Below, piece by piece: positions 1-8,302 of a stretch of 46,441 nt of DNA. Each line of letters opens with the position of its first letter. Position 1 is the first letter of the stretch. Source of the stretch: Chloroflexota bacterium (GTDB lineage Bacteria > Chloroflexota > Dehalococcoidia > UBA2979); NCBI GenBank assembly GCA_009840965.1, contig VXMT01000159.1, forward strand, positions 1-46,441, written 5' to 3'. The notes beneath the pieces are model-generated. The model searched no databases, was not told where the DNA came from, and saw nothing but the letters and a program-made list of their open reading frames with translations. Both the position numbers and the translations under genes were made by a program.

Positions 1-1
1 C

Positions 2-1222
2 TACTTCCTCGAGCGCGGCATCGACATGCTGGCGGCCCGGCTGGGGATGGATCCCGCCGAGGTCCGCCGCCGCAACTTCATCCAGCCGGAGCAGTTCCCG
101 TACACGACCGCGGGCGGGATGGTCTACGACTCGGGCGAGTACGAGCGCGCGCTCGACCGGGCGCTCCAGAACGCCGGCTGGGAGGAGATGAAGGCGGCGC
201 GCGACTCCGCCCGCGCCGAGGGCCGCCTGGTCGGGCTCGGCCTCTCCTTCTACACGGAGATCTGCGGCTTCGGCCCCTCGGCGGCGATGCCGACCGTCGG
301 GCTCTGGGAGCACGCAAGCGTGAGCGTGGAACGCGACGGCAAGGTGATCGCCTCGAGCGGCGCGTCCTCGCACGGCCAGGGCCACGAGACGACGTTTGCG
401 CAGATGCTGGCGGATGACCTCGGTATCCCGATGGATGACATCTCGATCATCCATGGCGACACCGGGCAAGTCCGCGAGGGCACGGGCACCTTCGGCAGCC
501 GCTCGCAGGTGGTGGGCGGCACCGCGCTGCTCATGGCGAGCGGCAAGGTCAAGGACAAGATGCGCAAGTTCGCCGCGCAGATGCTCGAGACCCAGGCCGC
601 CGACCTCTCGTTCCGCGAGGGGATGATCGGACCGACGGGGCAGGAGGACACCGGCGTCGCCTTCGCCGAGGTCGCCGGCTTCGCCTACATCCCGATCCCG
701 CTCCCGCCGGACACCGAGCCCGGCCTGAGCGAGGAGGCGTTCTGGGAGCCCGAGGGCTTCACCTGGCCCTTCGGCTGCTACATCACCCAGGTCGAGATCA
801 ACCGGGACACAGGCGAGCTGGAACTCCAGCGCTTCGTCGGCGTCGACGACTGCGGCAACGTGATCAACCCGCTCATCGTGGCGGGGCAGATCCACGGCGG
901 CATCGCCCAGGGCGCCGGCCAGGCGATGACCGAGGAGGCGGTCTACGACGAGGAGAGCGGCCAGTTGCTGAGCGCCTCGTTCATGGACTACGCGATCCCG
1001 CGCGCGCGGGACCTGCCGCGCTTCGAGCTGGACCACACCGTGACTCCCTCGCCCCTCAACCCGATGGGCGTGAAGGGCATCGGCGAGGCCGGCACGATCG
1101 GGTCCACGCCCAGCATCGTCAACGCCGCCGTCGACGCGCTCAGCGAGTTCGGCGTGGAGCACGTCGACATGATGCTGCGCCCGGAGAAGCTCTGGCGTCT
1201 GATCCAGGGAGGCGACGCATGA
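2..1222 (+). CDS. Molybdenum-hydroxylase large (molybdopterin-binding) subunit, CoxL/xanthine-dehydrogenase family; only the C-terminal 406 aa, 5' end is outside the window
   Basis: The frame is open from the window edge (YFLERGIDMLAARLGMDP...). The sequence looks like a C-terminal MoCo-binding domain (DDCGNVINPLIVAGQIHGGIAQG, GVKGIGEAGTIGSTPSIVNA). The TGA stop overlaps the next start (ATGA at 1219-1222). Substrate class cannot be judged because the active-site loop lies upstream of the window. Confidence 0.85.
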   Translation, partial: YFLERGIDMLAARLGMDPAEVRRRNFIQPEQFPYTTAGGMVYDSGEYERALDRALQNAGWEEMKAARDSARAEGRLVGLGLSFYTEICGFGPSAAMPTVGLWEHASVSVERDGKVIASSGASSHGQGHETTFAQMLADDLGIPMDDISIIHGDTGQVREGTGTFGSRSQVVGGTALLMASGKVKDKMRKFAAQMLETQAADLSFREGMIGPTGQEDTGVAFAEVAGFAYIPIPLPPDTEPGLSEEAFWEPEGFTWPFGCYITQVEINRDTGELELQRFVGVDDCGNVINPLIVAGQIHGGIAQGAGQAMTEEAVYDEESGQLLSASFMDYAIPRARDLPRFELDHTVTPSPLNPMGVKGIGEAGTIGSTPSIVNAAVDALSEFGVEHVDMMLRPEKLWRLIQGGDA

Positions 1223-2064
1223 TCCCCTCAGCGTTCGAGTACCAGCGCGCCGGCTCCGTCGAGGAGGCGATCGCGCTCAAGCAGGCAGCGGAGGGCGACG
1301 CACGCTTCATCGCCGGTGGTCACAGCCTGATCCCGCTGATGAAGCTGCGCCTCGCCGAGCCGTCGCTGCTGATCGACATCGGTCGCATCCCCGGCCTCGC
1401 CGGGGTCAGCGAGGACGGCGGACGCATCTCGATCGGCGCGCTCACCACGCACGCCGAGTTGGAGGACGACCCGGTGCTGCTCGCCGCCGCGCCGGTCGTC
1501 GCCGAGGCGGCGGGCGAGATCGGCGACCAGCAGGTGCGCAACCGCGGGACCATCGGCGGCAGCCTCGCGCACGCCGACCCGGCGTCCGACCTTCCGGCGG
1601 TGGTTGTCGCGCTCGACGCCTCGATCCACCTTGCGGGTCCGGACGGCGAGCGCACCGTCGCTGCCGGCGACTTCTTCAGCGGGCTCTTCGAGGTCGACCT
1701 GGCGGAGGACGAGCTGATCACCTCGGTCAGCTTCGACGCGCCCTCGCAGGCGGCCTACGCGAAGCTCCGCCACCCCGCCTCGCACTTCGCGATCGTGGGG
1801 GTGGCCGCCTCGCTGACCGTCGAGGGCGGGGTCTGCACCGGCGCACGCGTCGCCGTGACCGGCGCCTCGACGCACGCGCAGCGCCTCGGGGCGGTCGAGG
1901 AGGCGCTGACCGGCTCGTCGCTCGACGACGACGCCATCGAGGCCGCCGCAGCGGCCGCTGCTGTCGATGACGTCAACGCGGACCTGGCGGGCTCGGAGGA
2001 GTACCGGCGGTCGATGACGCAGGTCTTCACCGGCCGCGCGATCGCCGCCGCCGCCGCTCGCTAG
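1219..2064 (+). CDS. Molybdenum-hydroxylase medium subunit, FAD-binding (CoxM/CutM-like)
   Basis: 281 aa, with FIAGGHSLIPLMKLRL and NRGTIGGSLAHADPASD motifs typical of the FAD-binding subunit. Translationally coupled to the preceding large subunit by a 4-nt overlap. Confidence 0.85.
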   Translation: MIPSAFEYQRAGSVEEAIALKQAAEGDARFIAGGHSLIPLMKLRLAEPSLLIDIGRIPGLAGVSEDGGRISIGALTTHAELEDDPVLLAAAPVVAEAAGEIGDQQVRNRGTIGGSLAHADPASDLPAVVVALDASIHLAGPDGERTVAAGDFFSGLFEVDLAEDELITSVSFDAPSQAAYAKLRHPASHFAIVGVAASLTVEGGVCTGARVAVTGASTHAQRLGAVEEALTGSSLDDDAIEAAAAAAAVDDVNADLAGSEEYRRSMTQVFTGRAIAAAAAR

Positions 2065-2107
2065 GCGCGGGGCGCCGTTGGCGCCTCGCTACAATCGGTG
2101 CACGAGC

Positions 2108-2142
2108 CTCGCGCCGGGACTGAGTCCCGGCGCGAGTGTTCT
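2108..2142 (+). terminator. Candidate intrinsic terminator after the CoxM-like gene
   Basis: Perfect 13-bp inverted repeat CTCGCGCCGGGAC (2108-2120) / GTCCCGGCGCGAG (2124-2136) with a 3-nt loop, followed by the T-containing tail TGTTCT. It lies 44 nt after the stop codon. Confidence 0.6.
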
Positions 2143-2173
2143 CGCCACCGGACGGACAGGAAGGTAGGAAGCC

Positions 2174-3112
2174 ATGCGAGGAGTGGGAGTCATCGAGTTC
2201 GGCGGCCCCGAGGCGCTCGAGGTCGTCGCCCTGCCCGAGGTCCACGCCGGACCCGGCGAGGTGCGGATCCGCAACCACGCCGCCGCGGTCAACCCGACCG
2301 ACACGATGCTGCGCAACGGCTCGCGCGCCGATGCGCTGCGCGACATCCAGTCGCCCCATATCCCCGGCATGGACGCCGCGGGCGTCATCGACGAGATCGG
2401 CCCCGGCACGGAGACCGACCTCGCCATCGGCGACGCGGTGATGGCGATGGTGCTCCCGCACGGCAGGCACGGCGCCTACCGGCAGAGCATCGTGCTCTCC
2501 GCCGACTCCGTCGTGCGCGCCCCGGCGGGCGCCGGCCACGTCGAGGCCTGCACCCTGCCGATGAACGCGCTCACCGCACGCCAGTCGCTCGACCAGCTCG
2601 CGCTTGAGCCGGGCCAGACCCTCGGCGTGACGGGGGCTGCCGGCTGCTACGGCGGCTACGTCGTGCAGCTCGCCAAGGCCGAGGGGCTGCGCGTCGTCGC
2701 CGACTCCTCGGACGCCGACTGGAAGCTGGTCCGCGACCTCGGGGCCGACATCATCGTGCCGCGCGGGGACGACGTCGCGGCGCGGATGCGCCTGGCCGTG
2801 CCCGGGGGCGTCGACGGGCTCGCCGACGGGGCTGTGCAGAACGAGCTGGCCGTGGGGGCGGTGCGCGACGGCGGCTCCTTCGCCGCGGTGCGCGGCTACG
2901 GCGGCACCGGCGAGCGCGGGATCAACTTCCACGTCACGATGGTGCGCAGCTACGACCAGCGCGCCGACCTGCTCGATACGCTGCGCCAGCAGGTGGAGGA
3001 CGGCGTGCTCAGCCTGCGTGTCTACGACACCTACGCGATGGAGCAGGCGCCGGACGCCCACGCCCGCCTCGAGGCGGGAGGCGCACGCGGCCGCTGCGTG
3101 ATCCTGTTCTAG
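2174..3112 (+). CDS. NADPH:quinone oxidoreductase-like, zinc-type alcohol dehydrogenase (MDR) superfamily
   Basis: 312 aa. N-terminal GroES-like region ([16 protein letters not shown]) and Rossmann motif [20 protein letters not shown]-like GGAAGGTAGGAAG lies upstream of the ATG. Confidence 0.8.
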   Translation: MRGVGVIEFGGPEALEVVALPEVHAGPGEVRIRNHAAAVNPTDTMLRNGSRADALRDIQSPHIPGMDAAGVIDEIGPGTETDLAIGDAVMAMVLPHGRHGAYRQSIVLSADSVVRAPAGAGHVEACTLPMNALTARQSLDQLALEPGQTLGVTGAAGCYGGYVVQLAKAEGLRVVADSSDADWKLVRDLGADIIVPRGDDVAARMRLAVPGGVDGLADGAVQNELAVGAVRDGGSFAAVRGYGGTGERGINFHVTMVRSYDQRADLLDTLRQQVEDGVLSLRVYDTYAMEQAPDAHARLEAGGARGRCVILF

Positions 3113-3143
3113 GCGGCTGCCGCCGGCGCGGGGAGAGCCCTCG

Positions 3144-3905
3144 ATGACGACGACCGCCGGCGCCCTCGCTTTTCTCGGCGAGACCGTGGTCGAGGGCCGC
3201 GTCGCGGAGCGCCGCTTCGAGGTGCTGCGCGAGGGCGAGCCGATCCCGGGCATCCTCTGGGCGCCCGCTGCGGTGAGTCGCGCCGCGCCGCTCGTGCTGC
3301 TGGGCCACGGCGGCAGCGGGCACAAGCGCAGCGATCGCATGCTGGAGCTGGGCATCCGCTTCGCCCGCGACCGCGGCTTTGCCGCCGCGGCGATCGACGG
3401 GCCCGGCCACGGCGACCGCGGCGGCCTGACCTCCACCGACGACCCCGCTTACCGCGCGATCTGGCAGCGGCCGAACAACGTGCCCGAGATGGTGGCCGAC
3501 TGGCGGGCGGCGCTCGCCGCGTTGAGCGAGCTGGAGCTGGTCGACGCGGCCCGCGTCGGCTACTGGGGCCTCTCGATGGGCACGATGTTCGGGCTGCCGT
3601 TCGTGGCCACGGAGCCGCGGATCCGGGCGGCCGTGCTCGGAAAGGCAGGGCTCACCGGCAGCAGCGTCGACCGCAGCGGGATCGCGCCGCACCTGCGGGA
3701 GGCGGCTCCCAACGTCACGTGCCCCACGTACTTCCACGTGCAGTGGGACGACGAGCGCTTCGACCGCTACGGCTCGCTCTTCCTCTTCGATCAAATCGCG
3801 GCCGCCGAGAAGGAGCTGCACACGTTCCCCGGCCTGCACGCGGAGATGACGCCGCAGGCGCTCGAGAGCTCAATCGCCTTCCTCGCCCGTCACCTCTCCG
3901 CCTGA
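3144..3905 (+). CDS. Alpha/beta-fold hydrolase (dienelactone-hydrolase-like)
   Basis: 253 aa. Oxyanion-region-like LLGHGGSGHK and nucleophile elbow GLSMG. SD GGGGAGAG lies upstream. Confidence 0.6.
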   Translation: MTTTAGALAFLGETVVEGRVAERRFEVLREGEPIPGILWAPAAVSRAAPLVLLGHGGSGHKRSDRMLELGIRFARDRGFAAAAIDGPGHGDRGGLTSTDDPAYRAIWQRPNNVPEMVADWRAALAALSELELVDAARVGYWGLSMGTMFGLPFVATEPRIRAAVLGKAGLTGSSVDRSGIAPHLREAAPNVTCPTYFHVQWDDERFDRYGSLFLFDQIAAAEKELHTFPGLHAEMTPQALESSIAFLARHLSA

Positions 3906-4280
3906 AGGAGCCGGCGAGGCGTCGTAGTCGGGCGAGTCCTCGGCGACGACCAACTCCCGTCCGCTCCCGATCCGCAGCGGGATCGCCGTCTCCGTCTCGC
4001 CGTCATCGAAGAGAGCGACGATCCGCAGGCGGGCGCCGAGGCCCTCGAGGTACCTGCGGAGCGAGGACAGCCGGATGTCCTCGCCGTGCTCGAACTGCGA
4101 GACGGCCGGCTGGCTGCTGCCGATGCTCGCCGCAAGGTCGACCTGCGAGCGGTTGAGCGCCCGGCGCAGCTCGTGCAGCCCGATCTCGGCCACGGTGGCC
4201 TCGCGCAGCGCGGCGAGCCGCTCGGGCGCGCCGGGGCGGGCCACGACCCGCTCGTGGAGCTCGCGATAGTTCCTGGCCAT
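3870..4280 (-). CDS. XRE-family helix-turn-helix antitoxin (partner of the upstream Gp49/RelE-like toxin)
   Basis: Start chosen at ATG 4280 (MARNYRELHERV...), 13 nt after the toxin stop. The HTH core is LRRALNRSQVDLAASIGSSQPAVSQFEHGEDIRLSSLRRYLEGLG. The longer track ORF (to 4478) overlaps the toxin gene and is rejected. The 3' end overlaps the convergent hydrolase gene by 36 nt. Confidence 0.75.
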   Translation of the reverse strand: MARNYRELHERVVARPGAPERLAALREATVAEIGLHELRRALNRSQVDLAASIGSSQPAVSQFEHGEDIRLSSLRRYLEGLGARLRIVALFDDGETETAIPLRIGSGRELVVAEDSPDYDASPAPSGGEVTGEEGD

Positions 4281-4293
4281 GATCCCGACTCCT

Positions 4294-4668
4294 CTACCGG
4301 GCCTCGTTTCCGAGCAACCCCTCCGCTCGCAACTCCTCGAGGTGGGTGTCGTACAGCGCATCCGCCTCGAGGATCGCGCGCCGGTACCACTCATTCCACC
4401 GACCCGACTTGTCACCACCCAGCAGCAGGATCGCGTGACGCCGCGGGTCGAAGGCGAAGAGCACCCGCAACGCACCACCCTGTGAGGCCCTCAACTCCTT
4501 CATGTTGGCGTGGCGGGAGTTCGTGATCGTATCGACCACCGGCCGCCCGAGCCCCGGACCAACCTCCGCGAGCAGCATGACCCGATCGTCGAGCGCCTCC
4601 TGCTGTTCGATGCTCAGGCCTTCCCACCAGCCCTCGAACTGGTCGGTGTACTCCACTTCCCACGCCAT
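4294..4668 (-). CDS. Type II toxin, RelE/ParE superfamily (HigB / phage Gp49-like)
   Basis: 124 aa. W-V-Y N-terminus (MAWEVEYTDQFEGWW), KELRASQGGALRVLFAFDPRRHAILLLGGDKSG core and the toxin-first gene order typical of HigBA-type loci. Confidence 0.8.
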   Translation of the reverse strand: MAWEVEYTDQFEGWWEGLSIEQQEALDDRVMLLAEVGPGLGRPVVDTITNSRHANMKELRASQGGALRVLFAFDPRRHAILLLGGDKSGRWNEWYRRAILEADALYDTHLEELRAEGLLGNEAR

Positions 4669-4669
4669 G

Positions 4670-4697
4670 AGTATAAGTCATGCCTACTATAAGTCAA
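4670..4697 (-). promoter_or_regulatory. Direct-repeat operator/promoter candidate of the toxin-antitoxin operon
   Basis: On the minus strand TGACTTATA occurs twice with 16-nt spacing (plus-strand TATAAGTCA at 4672-4680 and 4688-4696), directly upstream of the toxin ATG (4668). It overlaps TTGACT, TATAGT and TATACT hexamers. This is the only AT-rich patch in the area. Confidence 0.4.
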
Positions 4698-4714
4698 GTC
4701 TTATTGAGTGCCCG

Positions 4715-5740
4715 CTACGCGTCGACCCGCACGAACTTCTGCAGCGCACGCGATCCGCGGTCGATGCCGCGGTAGGTTTCGGCGAGGTCGCCGACGTAGA
4801 TGCTGCCCTGCGAGTCCACCGCGAGGCCGTGTGGGCCGATCACGTGGCCGGCCGCCTGCTGCTCGGCCGGGCAGGGCGGGATCGGCGGCTGCTCCGGGCA
4901 GGTGCAGCCCTCGTCGCCCCAGCCGGCGAGGCGTTCGCCCTGCGGGCTCCAGATGCTGATGCGGTGCAGCAGCTCGGCGACGTAGGCGTTGCCGTCCGGG
5001 CCCCAGGCGAGGTCGTCCGGCAGGTTCACGCCGGACCACTCCTCCTGGTATTCACCGTCGGCGCTGAAGACCTGGATGCGGCGGTTGGAGCGGTCGCAGA
5101 CGTAGACGCGGCCGTCCGGGCCGATGCTGACGGCGTGCGGGTTCGAGAACTGGCCAGGGCCGGAGCCCGGGCTGCCCCAGCCGAAGCGGTACTCGCCGTC
5201 CGCGCTGAAGACGTGGATGCGCGCGTTGCCGTAGCCGTCGCTGACGTAGAGGTCGCCGTTGGCGGCCACGGCCACGCGCGTCGGCTCGTTGAACGGATCG
5301 CCGCCCATGCGGGGCGCGCTCTGGTGCGGGGTGCCGAGGCTGAGCAGCGGCTTCCCGTCCGGCGTGAACTTGCGCACGGTGTGGTCGCCCGTGTCGGCGA
5401 GCCAGACGTTGCCCTCGACATCGACCGTGATTCCGTGCGCCGTCGTGGTCACGTCGTCGCCCCACCAGTCGAGGAAGAAGCCGTCCCGGTCGTAGACCTG
5501 GACCGGGCGCCGCGAGCGCGAGAAGACGAAGACGCGGTCCTCGGCGTCGACGGCGACTCCGGCGACGTCGATCCACGCCCAGCCGCGCGGCCGGCGCGCC
5601 CAGTTGTCGACGACGTAGTAGCTGTGCTCGCCGGAGCCGAGCGGCTCCTCGACGATCCCGCGGGAGCGGGTCGCAGGAGCGCCCCAGCGCCCGTCGCTGT
5701 TCGCCCAGCCGTGGTGTTCGAGCCGCGTCACGTTCACCAT
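4715..5740 (-). CDS. NHL-repeat six-bladed beta-propeller protein (peptidyl-alpha-hydroxyglycine lyase-like fold), paralog 1
   Basis: 341 aa. Repeated NHL-type blades (PHGITVDVEGNVWLADTGDH, PTRVAVAANGDLYVSDGYGN, FSNPHAVSIGPDGRVYVCDRSNRRIQVF). No signal peptide. About two-thirds identical by eye to the 10226-11254 product. Confidence 0.75.
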   Translation of the reverse strand: MVNVTRLEHHGWANSDGRWGAPATRSRGIVEEPLGSGEHSYYVVDNWARRPRGWAWIDVAGVAVDAEDRVFVFSRSRRPVQVYDRDGFFLDWWGDDVTTTAHGITVDVEGNVWLADTGDHTVRKFTPDGKPLLSLGTPHQSAPRMGGDPFNEPTRVAVAANGDLYVSDGYGNARIHVFSADGEYRFGWGSPGSGPGQFSNPHAVSIGPDGRVYVCDRSNRRIQVFSADGEYQEEWSGVNLPDDLAWGPDGNAYVAELLHRISIWSPQGERLAGWGDEGCTCPEQPPIPPCPAEQQAAGHVIGPHGLAVDSQGSIYVGDLAETYRGIDRGSRALQKFVRVDA

Positions 5741-5762
5741 CGGGGTTGCGCCTTCCGGGCCG

Positions 5763-6683
5763 CTAGCGGCCAGGCCACGGCACCCGGCGATGATCGAGGT
5801 CCGGCCCCAGCTCCGCCGGTACGCGCTCGATCAGCGCATCCAGCGTCCACGGCCCCTCGCTGTGGATGTGCCTGACCCACTCGCGCTGGTTGAGGAGGTA
5901 GACCCCCCGCCCGACCGCGCCGAAGACTTGCCCGTTGATCGCGGCGGCCTCGTCGGTCAGCAGGTAGGCGACGATCGGCGCGACGTTCGCCGGGTCCATC
6001 GCGCCGCCGATCGCCTGTTCGCTCGGCAGCGGGTCGTCCTCGCCGACCTGTCCCATCTGCTGGGCCACGATGTCGTGCATGCGCGTCGCGCCGACAGGCA
6101 CGATGCAGTTCGAGGTGATCCCGAGCGGCTCGAGCTCCTCGGCGAGGCTGAGCGCGAAGCCGATCACGCCCGCCTTCGCGGTTGCGTAGGCGACGCGGAC
6201 GCCCGCGCCGGCGAGCGCGGTGCTCGAGGAGAAGGAGATGATGGTGCCGCTGCCCTGCTCGCGCATGACCGCGGCGGCCGCCCGCGCGCAGGAGAAGTGC
6301 CCGCGCAGATGCACGCCCATCGCCCGCTCCCAGGCGTCCGGGCTCACCTCCAGCAGGCCACCGTCGACGAGAATGCCGGCGCAGCAGATCATCGCGTCCA
6401 GCCGCCCGAAGTGGTCGATGGCCGTCGCGACGATCTGCTCGCCGCCCTCCATCGTCGAGACGTCGGCGCGGCTCGGGGCGGCCTCGCCGCCCGCGTCGAT
6501 GATCTCGTTGGCGACGACCTGGGCGACGTCCTGTTCCGGACCGCCCGCGCCGTCGACGGGTCCGCCGTAGTCGGCGACGACGACCTTCGCACCCTCGGCT
6601 GCGAGCCGCAGCGCGATCCCGCGGCCGATGCCGCGCCCGGCGCCGGTAACGGCGGCCACCTTGCCCTCGAGTGGTTGCGTCAT
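5763..6683 (-). CDS. Short-chain dehydrogenase/reductase (SDR)
   Basis: 306 aa. TGAGRGIGRGIALRLAAEGAKVVV cofactor motif and YATAKAGVIGF (YxxxK). Lies 22 nt upstream of NHL paralog 1, so a likely operon. Confidence 0.85.
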   Translation of the reverse strand: MTQPLEGKVAAVTGAGRGIGRGIALRLAAEGAKVVVADYGGPVDGAGGPEQDVAQVVANEIIDAGGEAAPSRADVSTMEGGEQIVATAIDHFGRLDAMICCAGILVDGGLLEVSPDAWERAMGVHLRGHFSCARAAAAVMREQGSGTIISFSSSTALAGAGVRVAYATAKAGVIGFALSLAEELEPLGITSNCIVPVGATRMHDIVAQQMGQVGEDDPLPSEQAIGGAMDPANVAPIVAYLLTDEAAAINGQVFGAVGRGVYLLNQREWVRHIHSEGPWTLDALIERVPAELGPDLDHRRVPWPGR

Positions 6684-6717
6684 GGGGCCATACTAGAGGA
6701 GCGTGGTCCGGGCCGGT

Positions 6718-6760
6718 GTTCACCCCGTGATTGACACGTTCACCCCTTGGTAGTACGTTC
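6718..6760 (+). promoter_or_regulatory. Candidate sigma70-like promoter plus direct-repeat operator for higBA (leaderless geometry)
   Basis: TTGACA (6731-6736), 17-nt spacer, TACGTT (6754-6759). The GTG start at 6766 lies 7 nt after the -10 and has no SD. GTTCACCCC is repeated at 6718-6726 and 6738-6746, flanking/overlapping the -35. Confidence 0.4.
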
Positions 6761-6765
6761 GCCAT

Positions 6766-7059
6766 GTGGAGATTCGCTTTCGTAACCGGCGGTTGCAGCG
6801 GGCCTTCGAGCAGAGCAACCGCGCGGTTCGGGAGTGGGGGCCTGTCGTAGGAGAGCGCTACGTTAACCGAGTGCGGACATTGCGACGCACGCAGCGCGTT
6901 GAGTACCTCGACAAGATACGGTCGCTGAACCTCCATCCGTTGACCGGCAACCGAAGAGGTCAGCATGCGCTGAGGTTGACGGGGCAGGTGCGAATGATCG
7001 TCACGATCGAGGACGAGCAGGCGATCATCATCGAGGAAGTGGTGGACTACCATGAGTGA
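6766..7059 (+). CDS. higB: HigB-type toxin (plasmid-maintenance killer protein, RelE/ParE superfamily)
   Basis: 97 aa, GTG start. IRFRNRRLQRAFEQ N-terminus and LHPLTGNRRGQHALRLTGQVRMIV core are typical of HigB killer proteins. 8-nt overlap with the following HTH gene. Confidence 0.8.
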   Translation: MEIRFRNRRLQRAFEQSNRAVREWGPVVGERYVNRVRTLRRTQRVEYLDKIRSLNLHPLTGNRRGQHALRLTGQVRMIVTIEDEQAIIIEEVVDYHE

Positions 7060-7345
7060 GACGTATCCCTACGTGGAATCGGATCTTGCCTCCCACCCGG
7101 GTTCTTTGCTCGGAGAGGAGCTTGATGTCCGGGGGATGTCCCAGCGTGAATTGGCGCGGCAAATGGGACGGCCCTACCAGGTGGTGAACGAGATTGTCCG
7201 AGGGCGGAAGGCAATCACTGCGGAGACCGCCTTGCAGCTTGAGGCCGCACTGGAGATCAAGGCCCACATCTGGCTGGGCCTGCAGACGGACTACGATCTT
7301 GTGATGGCGCGCAAGAAGCTCGAGTCGTCCGTGCTGACGTCGTAA
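7052..7345 (+). CDS. higA: HigA-type antitoxin (XRE-family HTH antidote protein)
   Basis: 97 aa. HPGSLLGEELDVRGMSQRELARQMGRPYQVVNEIVRGRKAITAETALQLEAAL matches the HigA/VapI HTH pattern. Overlaps the higB stop. Confidence 0.8.
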   Translation: MSETYPYVESDLASHPGSLLGEELDVRGMSQRELARQMGRPYQVVNEIVRGRKAITAETALQLEAALEIKAHIWLGLQTDYDLVMARKKLESSVLTS

Positions 7346-7372
7346 CCGCCGGGAAATGGGGCGAGCACTCCG

Positions 7373-8290
7373 ATGAGCTTGAAGCTGGGCATCCACACCG
7401 GGCCGCAGGACCTCTCGATGGAGGAGTTGCTGCGGGTCTGGCGGCGGGCGGACGAGGCCGGGTTCCACTGGGCATCCGTCTGGGACCACTTCTACGCCAA
7501 CCCCCTGAACCTGCGCGAGGACCCCTGCTTCGAGGGCGTCGCCTCGATGGCCGCGCTGGCCGGGGCGACCAGCAACATGCGCGTCGGCTGCCTCGTCTTC
7601 TGCGCGCTGTTCCGCAACCCGAGCCTGCTCGCCAAGGCCGCCGTCACCATCGACCACCTCTCCGGCGGGCGCGCCGAGATCGGCATCGGCGCCGGCTGGT
7701 TCGAGGAGGAGTTCCGCGAGTTCGGTTACGACTTCCCGCCGCTGGGCCAGCGCTTCGAGCAGCTCGAGGAGACGTTGCAGATCGTGCGCTCGCTGTGGCG
7801 CGATCCGGTGACGAACTTCGAAGGCAAGTACTACCGGCTCCCGGGCGCGGTCGGCAGCCCCAAGCCACTCAACCCGAACATGCGCCTCTGGGTCGGCGGC
7901 AACGGCCCGAGACGGACGCCGCGGCTCGCCGCCCAGTACGCCGACGGCTACAACGTCCCCTACCAGCCGCCCGAGGTCATCCGCGAGCGGCTGGACGCGC
8001 TGGAGCAGGCGTGCGAACGCCTGGGCCGCGACCCCGCCGAGATCGGGACCAGCGTCAACCTCCGCTTCCACATGCGCGCCCACGCCGGCGACAGCGATGC
8101 CGACCCGCCGGACAACTACGTGCCGGGCTCGATCACGGGCACGGCGCAGCAGGCGATCGACCGCATTGGCGAGTACGTCGAGACGGGCGTCGGCGGCCTC
8201 AACATCGCCTTCCGGCCGCCGATCAACTGGGACGCCTACGAGGCGTTCATCGAGGACGTGCTGCCGGTCTTCCACACCGCGAGCGCCTGA
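7373..8290 (+). CDS. Luciferase-like monooxygenase (LLM) class oxidoreductase, probably F420-dependent
   Basis: 305 aa. LGIHTGPQD...AGFHWASVWDHFY N-terminus, GGRAEIGIGAGW and LWVGGNGPRRT motifs typical of the LLM TIM-barrel. Confidence 0.8.
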   Translation: MSLKLGIHTGPQDLSMEELLRVWRRADEAGFHWASVWDHFYANPLNLREDPCFEGVASMAALAGATSNMRVGCLVFCALFRNPSLLAKAAVTIDHLSGGRAEIGIGAGWFEEEFREFGYDFPPLGQRFEQLEETLQIVRSLWRDPVTNFEGKYYRLPGAVGSPKPLNPNMRLWVGGNGPRRTPRLAAQYADGYNVPYQPPEVIRERLDALEQACERLGRDPAEIGTSVNLRFHMRAHAGDSDADPPDNYVPGSITGTAQQAIDRIGEYVETGVGGLNIAFRPPINWDAYEAFIEDVLPVFHTASA

Positions 8291-8302
8291 GAGGCAGGAC
8301 TG

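Noticed and set aside
2-2064. Calling the first operon a bona fide carbon-monoxide dehydrogenase (coxL/coxM)
   Set aside because: The diagnostic active-site loop of form I CoxL lies upstream of the window and no coxS is visible. Only family-level assignment is justified.
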